The notes under the pieces were generated by a model, which saw only the letters and a list, made by a program, of their open reading frames with translations, had not been told where the DNA came from and made no database searches. DNA of 64,000 nucleotides. Origin: a virus. The DNA is taken from positions 96,001 through 160,000 of IMG/VR virus record IMGVR_UViG_3300044977_000094; one strand, written 5' to 3'. The position numbers and the translations under genes are program-made. Each line of letters starts with the position of its first letter. Position 1 is the stretch's first letter. Shown piece after piece: positions 8,711 through 17,594 of the stretch.

Positions 8711-8814
8711 CTTGTGGGTACAACGCTACGCATCTTGTGGGTACAAGGCAAGTGATTGAGCAAAGAATCTTGTGGGTGCAAGATGTGCACGGCGCCATTG
8801 CTCTTGTGGGTACA
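8711..8814. repeat. Four direct repeats CTTGTGGGT(A/G)CA, a candidate operator array overlapping divergent promoters
   Basis: Copies at 8711, 8734, 8769 and 8803. Confidence 0.85.
8723..8751 (-). promoter_or_regulatory. Sigma70/HrdB-type promoter driving the SWIM gene and the left arm
   Basis: TTGCCT-N17-TAGCGT on the minus strand. Confidence 0.7.
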
Positions 8815-8826
8815 CGCCGCTACCCT
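8798..8826 (+). promoter_or_regulatory. Promoter for a leaderless RHH transcript
   Basis: TTGCTC-N17-TACCCT, then 6 nt to the ATG at 8833. Confidence 0.7.
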
Positions 8827-8832
8827 GCGAAC

Positions 8833-9081
8833 ATGGTCAAGACGCCCGACGACTACGAGAAGTCCAAGAACATCCGCGTCCCCAACGCCGAGGAATGGGC
8901 ACCATTCCTGGAGGCCACCAAAGCCATGCACCCCGAAGGACGCAGCCCACGCGCCCAAGTAATCCGCGAGTTCATCCGCTGGTACATGCGCCGCCCCGGA
9001 GCCAAACTCCCCGAGCGCCCGCCGGCCGGACCTTGGTCGACACTGCCCGCCGCCTCCGAGCACGCCCCGCCGCAGCCCTGA
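8833..9081 (+). CDS. Ribbon-helix-helix DNA-binding protein
   Basis: KNIRVP..EW..F......RAQVIREFIRWY fits the RHH pattern. Confidence 0.75.
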   Translation: MVKTPDDYEKSKNIRVPNAEEWAPFLEATKAMHPEGRSPRAQVIREFIRWYMRRPGAKLPERPPAGPWSTLPAASEHAPPQP

Positions 9082-9167
9082 GCCGCCTCGCCCCGCACGC
9101 CCCCGGCCCACGCCGCGGGGCACATCACGCTGCCCGCAGGCAGGAGACGGGCACGGAACGTTGAGCG

Positions 9168-9353
9168 TCACCGGGTGCCTCCCCGGTTCGGCGGCCGCAG
9201 CTCCACCCCGGCCCGCACCAGCATGTTCCGCGTCGCCGTGTACGAGTAACCGATGCTCCCGGCAATGTTCCGGATGGTCTCGCCGGCCTCGTAGCGGGCC
9301 ACGACGTCGGCGACCAGGAGAGCGCGGGCCGGACCGCGGAGACGCCATGTCAT
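9168..9353 (-). CDS. Small helix-turn-helix protein
   Basis: RYEAGETIRNIAGSIGYSYTATRNMLVRAGVELR. Confidence 0.8.
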   Translation of the reverse strand: MTWRLRGPARALLVADVVARYEAGETIRNIAGSIGYSYTATRNMLVRAGVELRPPNRGGTR

Positions 9354-9931
9354 GGCTGGTCACCGGCTTTCCCGTTGACGGCCGGGCCGAGGATGAGGCG
9401 TTTGCGGGCGTGCCCGACCCACTTAGCCGCCGTGGAGTGCGGCACGGTGAACCGATCGGCGACCGTGCGCGTCGGTGGCAGGCCGTGCGCCTCGGCTGAG
9501 CGGTACACATCGGCAACGGCGCGCAGGTGCTCATCGGTGATGCGGTTGCGGCGACCGGGGCGGACGGCTGGCGTGATGTCAGCCACGGGCGTAGCACCCG
9601 CAGCGCCCTCGCCGCCGTCTGCCCCGCACGCCAGGCAGGCGAAGCCCGCAGGCGGCTGGCCGTCGCACACGGTGCAGGTCTCGGGTGGCTCTAGCAGCTG
9701 GGCTGGTGTCACGCCGAGGGTCGATGCGAGGGCGAACAGGTCATCGACGTCGACGCGGCGGACGCCCAGCTCGATCTTGTTGAGCGCGTCCGTGCCAAGG
9801 GTGCGTCGGAGCTTCGTCGTCTCGGCGGCCAAGGCTCGAATGCTCAGACCGCGCTTGCGTCGCAACATCCGCACCTTCGCCATGACCATGCGACCGTTCG
9901 GGCCGAGCGCATCGGCCTGCTTTTGGCTCAC
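9350..9931 (-). CDS. XRE-family HTH regulator with Zn finger and a second HTH
   Basis: LRRKRGLSIRALA...KIELGVRRVDVDDL; CTVC/CLAC; C-terminal VADRFTVPHSTAAKWV. Confidence 0.8.
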   Translation of the reverse strand: MSQKQADALGPNGRMVMAKVRMLRRKRGLSIRALAAETTKLRRTLGTDALNKIELGVRRVDVDDLFALASTLGVTPAQLLEPPETCTVCDGQPPAGFACLACGADGGEGAAGATPVADITPAVRPGRRNRITDEHLRAVADVYRSAEAHGLPPTRTVADRFTVPHSTAAKWVGHARKRLILGPAVNGKAGDQP

Positions 9932-10479
9932 CACTGCACCGCCTGTACGGCCGCCTGAGACGCGCTAGAGGGGGCTTGCGGCTCCGTGGACCCGGAAGGG
10001 GCCTTCAGGGCCACAGAGGGGCCGCCAGGGGCCGCCACGGGCGTGCTGGCGGCATCCGGCAGATCCCCAGCCTTCCTCGCCGCCTCGACCACGTCCCGCC
10101 GCGACCGAACCGAGTACATCGACCGCAGCCACCGCACCCGGCGCTCCACCTGGTCCTCCGACAGGCCCAGCTCCAAAGCCATCTGCCCGTCCGTCAAGCC
10201 GCGTTCCAGGCAGCGCAGGACCGGTGCGAGGGCCACGGGGCTCTTGTCGACCGGCGGCGGACCCGAGCGCTTCCTGGGCTGCGCGTACACCTCGCGGTCC
10301 TTCGGCCTGGGGGTGGGCTGGCGGATCGCCGACATGCGGCGGACCAGTTCGATCAGCTGGGACTCGCGGATGGGCTGCCCGTGCTCGGCCAGTCGGCCCT
10401 CGGCGGCGAACACGCGGGCGGTGCGGAGCATGCGCTCCTCGGTGAGCGTCAGCTTCCGTTGCTCGGTGGTGTCTGTCAT
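9928..10479 (-). CDS. LuxR-like HTH protein
   Basis: LERGLTDGQMALELGLSEDQVERRV. Confidence 0.7.
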   Translation of the reverse strand: MTDTTEQRKLTLTEERMLRTARVFAAEGRLAEHGQPIRESQLIELVRRMSAIRQPTPRPKDREVYAQPRKRSGPPPVDKSPVALAPVLRCLERGLTDGQMALELGLSEDQVERRVRWLRSMYSVRSRRDVVEAARKAGDLPDAASTPVAAPGGPSVALKAPSGSTEPQAPSSASQAAVQAVQW

Positions 10480-10558
10480 GTGCTTCTCCGGTGGTTGGTG
10501 CTGGCGGCGAATCTCGTACGGCGGCGAAACTGGCCGCTTGGTCAGTTAGCGGCGGCGT

Positions 10559-10756
10559 TCAGGCACGGGGATGTGGCGGCGGGACCTCGGCGGCGGACGT
10601 GATCCGCGCCAGGTGCGGCGCGTCGTGGGGCCGCCTGTCGACGAGCCCGGTGCAGCGTTGGCCCACGGGGGCTTTGCAGCGCGGGCAGCTGACGGCCAGG
10701 GCCGGATGCCGGGCGGGCCAGTTCATCGCGGCCCGGACGTCGTCGGCGCCGGTCAT
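10559..10756 (-). CDS. Small zinc-finger protein
   Basis: AVSCPRCKAPVGQRC...PHLAR. Confidence 0.7.
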   Translation of the reverse strand: MTGADDVRAAMNWPARHPALAVSCPRCKAPVGQRCTGLVDRRPHDAPHLARITSAAEVPPPHPRA

Positions 10757-11424
10757 GAGCCGGCCTCGTCCCGCGTGGGCGGCACGAACGGCTCGGTGGG
10801 TGCCGGGATGGCGCGGGCCGTGGCTGCTCGGCGCTGCTCGGCTTCGTGCCGGGCCTGCTCGGGCGACATGCGGGGCTCGACCCCGGGGAGTCCGGCTGCC
10901 TCGGAACGTGCCGGGTGCGGCGGTCGGCGTGCGCCCTTGGGGGTGCGGCAGTCGCGTCCGACGAGGGCCTTGCAGGTGGGGCATTCGACGGAGCGGGCTC
11001 CGGGTCGGTGGTCGGGTCCGTCGCTTAGGACGGGCCGGCCGATCTCCGCAAGCCGTACCTCGACGCTGCGGTGTGGTCCGCCGGTGAGCATCGGCGTGCC
11101 GGCGGATGCGGCGTGGCCTGCGGCGACGGCGCGGAGCTGGCCGCGGAGCCGGGTGAGGTACTGGTCCACGGTCTCGTCGCCGCAGGGCTCGTACTGGAAT
11201 CCGTCGAGCCGGGCGGTGCGGGCCTTGCGGACCTCGGTGATGATCTCGGCGGGTGCGATGAACGGCTGGCGGGCGGCGAGTTCGGCGCAGGCGGTGCGGC
11301 AGGCGTCCAGGTCGTAGTTGGCGAGCAGGTCGTGCCAGGCGTCCGGGGTGTACTCGTCGATCTTCTGGTGGGGGCACAGGGCCCGGACGTAGCGAACCAG
11401 GAGCACGGCGTCGGCGGGGGTCAC
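10753..11424 (-). CDS. Putative helicase loader/inhibitor-like protein with C-terminal zinc finger
   Basis: Follows the initiator gene; TPDAWHDLL...FIAPAEI pattern; CPTC...C...H domain. Confidence 0.6.
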   Translation of the reverse strand: MTPADAVLLVRYVRALCPHQKIDEYTPDAWHDLLANYDLDACRTACAELAARQPFIAPAEIITEVRKARTARLDGFQYEPCGDETVDQYLTRLRGQLRAVAAGHAASAGTPMLTGGPHRSVEVRLAEIGRPVLSDGPDHRPGARSVECPTCKALVGRDCRTPKGARRPPHPARSEAAGLPGVEPRMSPEQARHEAEQRRAATARAIPAPTEPFVPPTRDEAGS

Positions 11425-12542
11425 TGGTTCTCCTGCTGCATGCGGGCGTTGGCGCGGGCCATGGCGCGGTCGAACAGGTCGTCGGTCTGCTGCTGCGGGT
11501 TTGGTCGGGCCTGGCGCTGCTGGCGCAGGGCGGCGAGGCGCAGCTGGTCGTACTTCTGGCGCAGCTTGGGGGTGCTGAGGATGTTGGCCTGCCAGAACTC
11601 GTCGTTCTGGCACCAGTCGACGGCGGCGAGGACTTGGTCGAGGGTGCGGCCGTCGAGGTCGATCATTCGGCGGGCGGCGTCGCGCCAGCGCTGGGTGATG
11701 TTGGGGCGCTTGGATCCGTTGGCTTCGATGCGGTTGGCGAGGGCGAGGCAGATCAGTTCGACGTCTTCGCGGGCGGGTTCGACAACGCCCTCCTCTTCGA
11801 CCGCTTCGAGGGCACCTTCGGGGTCGTCGTCGGCCGGCTCGGCTGCCGACGCTTTTTCCTCCTGCTCCCTTGCTCCCTGCTCCCTGCTCCCTGCTCCCTG
11901 CTCAGGAGTGAGACCCTCGTGAGACTCTCCGGAGACCCTCATGAGGTCCTCATGAATCTCGACGTCAAGGGGGTGGCCTGCGGTGATGCCATGGACATTG
12001 CCATTCGGCCGGAGCTTGTCGCTCAGGTGGAGCAGTTGGCCTTCGACAACCCCCTCCCCCCTTGAAATCAACCCTCCAGGGGTTGTTCCGGAGGTGCCGG
12101 AAACAGGCGGAGAGACCCTCATGAGACCCTCATGAGACTTTCGTGAGCGCGTGAATTCGCGAGGCGGATTCGCTCCGCGCCACATGGTGAAGGCGTCGTG
12201 CTCGTCGTCCGGACAGGGCGGGATCCGGGACTTCCCCGGATGCTGCGGCCGCTGGTGCTCGGCCCAGTTCGGGCAGTGCAGATAGGTGCGGCCGTCGACC
12301 ACGTACCGGCATACCGGGCCGGCCTCGGCGATGACCTCCAGCCAGTCGTCGATGACCTCGGCCGTAATGTCGCGGTCGCGGGGGAAGCAGTCAGCGGCGA
12401 TGAGCATTCCGTCGTCCACGCCGCGGCCGTGGTCATCGAGATACCCCCAGAGAAGGATGAAGAACAGCCGCACCTCGCGCGGCCACAGCGACACGGTGAT
12501 GGAGGTGCGCAGCTCCGGCTTGATGGAACGGATACGGGCCAT
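11421..12542 (-). CDS. Phage replication initiator (replisome organizer)
   Basis: N-terminal MARIRSIKPE...DDHGR; C-terminal FWQANILSTPKLRQKYDQL; internal iterons. Confidence 0.85.
   Translation of the reverse strand: MARIRSIKPELRTSITVSLWPREVRLFFILLWGYLDDHGRGVDDGMLIAADCFPRDRDITAEVIDDWLEVIAEAGPVCRYVVDGRTYLHCPNWAEHQRPQHPGKSRIPPCPDDEHDAFTMWRGANPPREFTRSRKSHEGLMRVSPPVSGTSGTTPGGLISRGEGVVEGQLLHLSDKLRPNGNVHGITAGHPLDVEIHEDLMRVSGESHEGLTPEQGAGSREQGAREQEEKASAAEPADDDPEGALEAVEEEGVVEPAREDVELICLALANRIEANGSKRPNITQRWRDAARRMIDLDGRTLDQVLAAVDWCQNDEFWQANILSTPKLRQKYDQLRLAALRQQRQARPNPQQQTDDLFDRAMARANARMQQENQ
11864..12147. repeat. Putative replication origin: 11-bp iterons plus a 7-bp tandem repeat
   Basis: GAGACCCTCAT-like units at 11910, 11921, 11932, 11943 and 12112, 12123, 12134; TGCTCCC tandem at about 11864-11903. 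Confidence 0.75.
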
Positions 12543-12626
12543 GTGCGGACTTCTCTCGGCGCGGGATCGGACAGGAACTTGGGAGCAAGGGGTGCGGGGC
12601 GGCCGACAGGCCGCCCCACAGGGCTG

Positions 12627-13466
12627 CTATTTGGGCTCGGGGTACTGCTCGGGGTTGGCGCCCCCGGCCTTGAACCCCAGGACGTTGATCTCCGAGCCCG
12701 CGCGGTAGAGGTTCCACGCCTTGATGACGAGCGCGGTCACGTGGGCCTCATCCGGGCGCCCGGCGCCCTTCGCGAGGTTGTCGAGCGCGCGGCGCAGGGC
12801 GTAGATCGGATCGCCCTGGGGGAGGCCGGCGCCGTCGTACAGGCGCGCGTAGAAGAAGGCGCAGTCGCTGGTGTTGATGCGGTTGAACAGCCAGTGGCAC
12901 AGGGAAGCGGTTCCGGCGCTGAGAGCGCCCGCGACAGTGACCCGCTTGCCCACCTCGACGGACCGGCGGAGCTCGGGGTGATCTTCCAGGATGGCCAAGA
13001 GCTGAATGTGAGTGGGGCGCGTGCCGCCCTTGAGGCTTTTGCGCATGCCCTGCTTCCACTGGTAGACGCGCAGGCATACGGCGGCGAGCGGGACGACGTA
13101 GGACTCGCCGTTCAGTCGCAGGACATCGGCGAAGGTGCGCTTCGCGCCGGTGTCCATGGTCATCTGGGTCTCGTCGGGCAGGTTGCGGATGACGAGCATG
13201 CGCAGGGTCACGCCGGACTTGACGATCGCGGCGAGCCGGTGCTGGCCGTCGAGGAGGACGCCGGTGACGGAGAACTTGATCGACTGCCCGTTCTCGGGCC
13301 AGTGTCCGGCGGCCATGTCCACGGCGTATCCGTCGACGACCTGCTCGCGGATGTTGCGGTTGTGGGTGTTGTGGTCCAGCCATTCCTTGGCGAGGCCCGG
13401 CGTGACGTCGACGATCTCGTAGGAGGGGTCGCCTGCCGTGGCTCCGATTACGATGGGGAGGGTCAT
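12627..13466 (-). CDS. ParB-like / DGQHR-domain protein
   Basis: NTHNRNI...YAVDMAAGHW...LLDGQHRLAAIV. Confidence 0.8.
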   Translation of the reverse strand: MTLPIVIGATAGDPSYEIVDVTPGLAKEWLDHNTHNRNIREQVVDGYAVDMAAGHWPENGQSIKFSVTGVLLDGQHRLAAIVKSGVTLRMLVIRNLPDETQMTMDTGAKRTFADVLRLNGESYVVPLAAVCLRVYQWKQGMRKSLKGGTRPTHIQLLAILEDHPELRRSVEVGKRVTVAGALSAGTASLCHWLFNRINTSDCAFFYARLYDGAGLPQGDPIYALRRALDNLAKGAGRPDEAHVTALVIKAWNLYRAGSEINVLGFKAGGANPEQYPEPK

Positions 13467-14342
13467 CTACTGCTCCTTGCTGAGGGAGTTGGCGACATCG
13501 GAGAGGGTGTCGCTGAGGGTGTTGAGGCTCGCCGTCCACCACTGGCGAGCCTCTTCGTCTGCCGTGGCTTCTGCGAGGTTCATGGCCTGCAGAAGCGCGG
13601 CGGTGTGCTCCAGTGCGCCGAGCAGGTCGGGCACGTGGCGGTGGGTCATCTCCCGGTTGCGGCTGAACCGGTCGTCTTGGGTGAGCCGGGCGAGCTTCTC
13701 GGTGGTGCGCGTGAGGTCGCGGGTGGCTTCGGTGAACGCCTCGGGGAGGGGGCGCCGCTTGGGCTTCGCGGGCTCCGGCGTAGGGGTGGTGACGGTCGGG
13801 GAGACGGTCTCCAGGCTGGTGTAGTCCAGGACGTGGGACTGCCCGGGGTGGGCGTCCTCATCGGGCTCCAGCCACTCACTGCCTGCGAATTCGTCCGTGG
13901 CCTCTTGGCTGCGCTGCTGCTGGACGTAGTTGATGCCGCGCCGTACTGCCTGCTGGCGCCAGTCGGCCTCAGGCCGGGACGAGCTGTAGCTCTTGCCGTC
14001 GGTCCCGGTGATCTCGTCAGGTGTCGTACTTTCCGACACCTGACGTAGGTCCTTGGTGATGGTCTTGTCGCTGATGCCAGTGGCCGCGACGATCGCACGA
14101 ATGCTCAGCCCCGACTCCCTCAGCGAGGCGACGACTTCCTGTCGTTCCTCGCGGGGGAGCCGCAGCCGGGACGCCCCGAACTCCTCAGTGCAGTAGCTGT
14201 CCCAGTTCGGGTAGCCCAGCGCCGCCCAGGCGCGGCTGGTGTAGGCGTCCTGGATGAGGAGCCAGGTGCCCTCGACGGCGACCTTGATGCGGTCGGTGAG
14301 GACGCGGGCTTCCTGCTGGGTGGTGATGGCGATGTCAGTCAC
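13467..14342 (-). CDS. HTH-containing hypothetical protein
   Basis: SLRESGLSIRAIVAATGISDKTITKDL. Confidence 0.75.
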   Translation of the reverse strand: MTDIAITTQQEARVLTDRIKVAVEGTWLLIQDAYTSRAWAALGYPNWDSYCTEEFGASRLRLPREERQEVVASLRESGLSIRAIVAATGISDKTITKDLRQVSESTTPDEITGTDGKSYSSSRPEADWRQQAVRRGINYVQQQRSQEATDEFAGSEWLEPDEDAHPGQSHVLDYTSLETVSPTVTTPTPEPAKPKRRPLPEAFTEATRDLTRTTEKLARLTQDDRFSRNREMTHRHVPDLLGALEHTAALLQAMNLAEATADEEARQWWTASLNTLSDTLSDVANSLSKEQ

Positions 14343-14544
14343 GCGGCTTGCCCTCCTTCCGTTGTGCGATCTCGGTGGGTGTGAGCGGTTCGGGCTGCCC
14401 CGCGCGGGCCCACGGGGAGTGCGTGCGGCACAGGTAGGCGCCGCTGGCGTACTGCCTCACGTCGGGGTCACCGCACCTGCCGTCGGGGGTCCCGAAGCGG
14501 CAGGTCGGCGGGTAGACGAGGGTGCGGCTCATGTCGGCGGTCAT
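14335..14544 (-). CDS. Small Cys/His hypothetical protein
   Basis: C...C...CRTHSP; coupled start. Confidence 0.6.
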   Translation of the reverse strand: MTADMSRTLVYPPTCRFGTPDGRCGDPDVRQYASGAYLCRTHSPWARAGQPEPLTPTEIAQRKEGKPRD

Positions 14545-15380
14545 GCCGGTACTCGTTCGCGCCAGCCGGGGCCGCGGCTGCCGGAGATCTGGCCGCGTAC
14601 GTATTTGATGCTCAGTCCGACGCGGGCGGCGATGTCTTCTTCGGCGACGCCGATCCTGGCCAGCCAGGCGACGTCGTCGGCGCGAATGACGGCGGCTTCG
14701 GCTTTGCACAGAACGGGCTCGGGCACGTCGGGCTCGGGCTGCGCGGCAGGATCGTCAATGTCGGCGCCCCACGCCGCAGGGCCGTCCCATCCGAGGCGTG
14801 CGGCACGCAACCGTGACCGCGTCGAACTGCCCGGAACGGCGACGAGGCTCTTGTAGGCGCGGGTGATGGCGGCGGCAGTGCTGGCCCGCACGGTTGGGGT
14901 GCCGTCTTCGACGACCTGCGACATGGCGGTGTGGCCGATGCCTGAGGCGGTGGTGATGTCCTTGACGGGGTGGCCGATGGCGATGAGGGCCCGGACGCGG
15001 CGACGGCTGCCTGTGGCGTCGACGTGCCGGTCTTGATAGCCGGGGAGTTGGTCGGCGCGCACGGCCAGGATGCGTGTGGCGATGGCCCGCCGGATGGGCG
15101 TGGGCCGTCCGCCGAGGATGGCTGCGGTGGTGGCTCGGGAGCATTCGGCCGCTGCGGCGATGTCTTCCTGGGTGGCGCCTTGGTGGAGGAGGTTGCGGAG
15201 GTGGGCGCGTGCGGGGCCCGGGTCGACGGTGAGGGATCGCCCGGTCTCCTTGAGGTAGCGGCGGCGCCTGTCGTAGAGGTATTCGGCTCGGCGGCAGGCG
15301 GGGCAGGGGCAGCGGGGGATGCCGGTTTGGGGGCGGCCGATGGCGCGGGCGTGGGTGCCGTGCGGCGGGAGGGGCTTCAC
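14541..15380 (-). CDS. HTH DNA-binding protein with N-terminal HGT...CPCPAC motif
   Basis: Repeated HTH-like segments. Confidence 0.75.
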   Translation of the reverse strand: MKPLPPHGTHARAIGRPQTGIPRCPCPACRRAEYLYDRRRRYLKETGRSLTVDPGPARAHLRNLLHQGATQEDIAAAAECSRATTAAILGGRPTPIRRAIATRILAVRADQLPGYQDRHVDATGSRRRVRALIAIGHPVKDITTASGIGHTAMSQVVEDGTPTVRASTAAAITRAYKSLVAVPGSSTRSRLRAARLGWDGPAAWGADIDDPAAQPEPDVPEPVLCKAEAAVIRADDVAWLARIGVAEEDIAARVGLSIKYVRGQISGSRGPGWRERVPA

Positions 15381-15853
15381 GGGGTCACCGCCCCGGCGAG
15401 TTGCCAGACGCGGATGATGGCGCCGGGGGAGTCGAGGGCGTCGGGGTGCTCGCCGGGGAAGACCTTCGCGAGTTGCCGGTACTCGATGACTCGGGCGTCG
15501 TCAGCCCACACGCCGGCGGTGGTCAGGGCGTCCTCGGTGGACCGCAGAAGCTTGCTGAGGTCCGGGTAGCGGGTGGGCCAAGTGCGGGTTCGCTTCGGGG
15601 CACTGGCCGGCTTCGGCAGTGTGAACACCATGTCGGCGCACAGCGGGCCGTCGAGGATCGTCCAGTCGGCCCATGTGGCGAGCTGTTGCCGGGCCGCGGC
15701 CTCGACGGCGTTGCGCCACGGTGCGACCTTCTTGGAGGACTCCAGCAGGACTGCTGTGGACTTTCCGGTGGACTTGCTGGTCCGGTGGCCGACGTACTTC
15801 TTGCTGCCCTGCGGTGCTGGGATGCCGTGGACGGTGATGGTGAGTGGCGTCAT
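15377..15853 (-). CDS. rusA: RusA-family Holliday junction resolvase
   Basis: GIPAPQGSK; PDLSKLLRSTEDAL; VWADDARV. Confidence 0.9.
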   Translation of the reverse strand: MTPLTITVHGIPAPQGSKKYVGHRTSKSTGKSTAVLLESSKKVAPWRNAVEAAARQQLATWADWTILDGPLCADMVFTLPKPASAPKRTRTWPTRYPDLSKLLRSTEDALTTAGVWADDARVIEYRQLAKVFPGEHPDALDSPGAIIRVWQLAGAVTP

Positions 15854-16161
15854 GCGACGGCCCTCGCCAGGCGGTAGCGGACGCGGTAGACGTTGTAGCG
15901 CTCTTCGGGGGTGAGGCCGCCGCGGATGCCGTCCCGCCCGTCGGTCTTGGAGCCGCCTTCGCTCTGGAGGGCGTCTTCGAGGCATTCACGGCGTACGGGG
16001 CAACTGAGGCAGATGGCCTTGGCAGTGTTGGCTTGCCGCATCCCGTGGGCATTGGTGTAGCTGTAGGGGAACCACAGTTCGGGGTCGTGGCCGAGGCAGG
16101 ACGCGATGTCGCGCCAGGTCTGCGTGGCGGTGCGTCCGGGCTTGTAGGCGACGGTGGTCAC
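15850..16161 (-). CDS. WhiB-family Fe-S transcription factor
   Basis: Four conserved Cys (C-DPELWF, CLSC, ECL) and GIRGGLTPEER. Confidence 0.92.
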   Translation of the reverse strand: MTTVAYKPGRTATQTWRDIASCLGHDPELWFPYSYTNAHGMRQANTAKAICLSCPVRRECLEDALQSEGGSKTDGRDGIRGGLTPEERYNVYRVRYRLARAVA

Positions 16162-16448
16162 TTGGTGTGCCTCCTTGTCGCGGAGTGGGAGTGGTAGAGC
16201 TCGGCGATGACCAGGAAGGCGGCGTCGATGCTGTTCTGGTCGGCGGTACTCCAGATGGCGAGGGTGTCGATGCGCCGCGGCGCCGGCATGGGTTCGTCGT
16301 CGACGGTGCAGGCCCTGTACACGTCGGGCTCGGTGGCGGCGAGTCCTTCGGCGAGGGCGGCTGCGAGGGCGGTGCCGGCGCGGAGGCGGATCGCGATGCT
16401 GCCCACGGCGCGGCCCAGCCGGACGGCGATGGCGAGGAGGAGGTTCAT
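16158..16448 (-). CDS. Hypothetical protein
   Basis: Coupled ORF. Confidence 0.6.
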   Translation of the reverse strand: MNLLLAIAVRLGRAVGSIAIRLRAGTALAAALAEGLAATEPDVYRACTVDDEPMPAPRRIDTLAIWSTADQNSIDAAFLVIAELYHSHSATRRHTK

Positions 16449-16585
16449 TGCTCGTCCTCTCGCAGGTCGTTGCGGAGGCTGATGTGGGCCCAGGTGGCGA
16501 CGCCGAGGCAGACCACGACGAAGGCGACGCCAGCGGTGAGGGTGAGTCGGGGGTGGTCGAGGAGGATGAGCAGGGCGTGGAGCAC
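16445..16585 (-). CDS. 46-aa membrane peptide
   Basis: MLHALLILLDHPRLTLTAGVAFVVVCLGVATWAHISLRNDLREDEQ; GGGAG RBS. Confidence 0.55.
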   Translation of the reverse strand: MLHALLILLDHPRLTLTAGVAFVVVCLGVATWAHISLRNDLREDEQ

Positions 16586-16689
16586 GACGGGCTCCCTTCG
16601 GGTCTGGGGTGGTGGCCGCCGCCGGGGAGGGGAAGACCGACGGCGGCCGGCTGGTGGGCCGGGCAGGTCGCTGGGCTGCCCGGCGGGTG

Positions 16690-17394
16690 TCAGACGGCTT
16701 CGGCCGCTGTGGCCGGCTTTGCCTTCCGCGAGAACTTCGGCTTCCAGGTGACGTGCGGTGCGGGCCCGAGCGGCACCTCGTCGGGCGGCTCCGGCGGCAG
16801 CGGCGGGAGGCTGCTACGGGGCATGTCGGCGGGGATCGCCGCAGCCGGGTACTGGGCGGTCTCATCCGGGCCGAAGACCCGCTGCGCGGGCAACTGAACG
16901 GTGCTGGGACCGCAGTCGGGCTCCTTGGCCGGCGTGGGCTTGATCGGCTCGACCTTGGCCACGGGAGCCCGTGCCACCCGGAGCCGGTCCAGCAACGCCT
17001 TAACCTGGTCGATGGCCAGCTCGGCATCCCCGGCGAGCCACGCCAGGAACTCGCCGCGCTCACTGGTCACGGCACGCCGGTAGACGCGGCCGGCCTCGAA
17101 GGCGAAGTGGCGGCCCCACTCCTCGGCCTGCTCGCGGGTCCAGCAGTGCGCCCCGCCGCGGCCGGCCTCGGGGGTCAGCGGCTCCCACGTGGTGCCGTTC
17201 CAGTAGTCCGGGGCTCTGTAGCCGGCGTTGCTGTCGTAGACGACCCAGTCCCCGGCGGCGTCGGCGGCGATGCCGATGTACTTGCGTGGCCCGGCCCAGT
17301 GGCCCTCAACGGGGTAGCGGATGGATGTGGCGAGGTTGGCGAGGTCGGCGCGGGCTTCGGCGGCCTGGGCGCGGCGTGCAGCCTTGGTGGTCAT
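16690..17394 (-). CDS. Hypothetical protein with Pro-rich tail
   Basis: Starts MTTKAARR, coupled to the upstream stop. Confidence 0.7.
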   Translation of the reverse strand: MTTKAARRAQAAEARADLANLATSIRYPVEGHWAGPRKYIGIAADAAGDWVVYDSNAGYRAPDYWNGTTWEPLTPEAGRGGAHCWTREQAEEWGRHFAFEAGRVYRRAVTSERGEFLAWLAGDAELAIDQVKALLDRLRVARAPVAKVEPIKPTPAKEPDCGPSTVQLPAQRVFGPDETAQYPAAAIPADMPRSSLPPLPPEPPDEVPLGPAPHVTWKPKFSRKAKPATAAEAV

Positions 17395-17594
17395 CTCGGG
17401 TCTCCCTCGGCGGTGTTCTGGGCGTCGTCGATGGCCTGCTGCCACTGGGCGCGTTCTCTGCGGTATCGCTCGGACAGGTGGAGGCAGCTTTTGACGCTGG
17501 GAAGTCGCAGGCGTTGCGTGAGCTGCCGGATGTGGCGCTCGGCGATGTCGCGGGTCGTGTTGTCCGTCACGCGGAACGTGGTCGCGGGCGCCAT
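17391..17594 (-). CDS. Hypothetical protein
   Basis: 67 aa, coupled. Confidence 0.55.
   Translation of the reverse strand: MAPATTFRVTDNTTRDIAERHIRQLTQRLRLPSVKSCLHLSERYRRERAQWQQAIDDAQNTAEGDPR

Noticed and set aside
8711-8814. Direct repeats considered as a mini CRISPR array
   Set aside because: The repeats are only 12 bp, the gaps are uneven (11, 23 and 22 bp), there are no cas genes, and they overlap promoters, so operators fit better.
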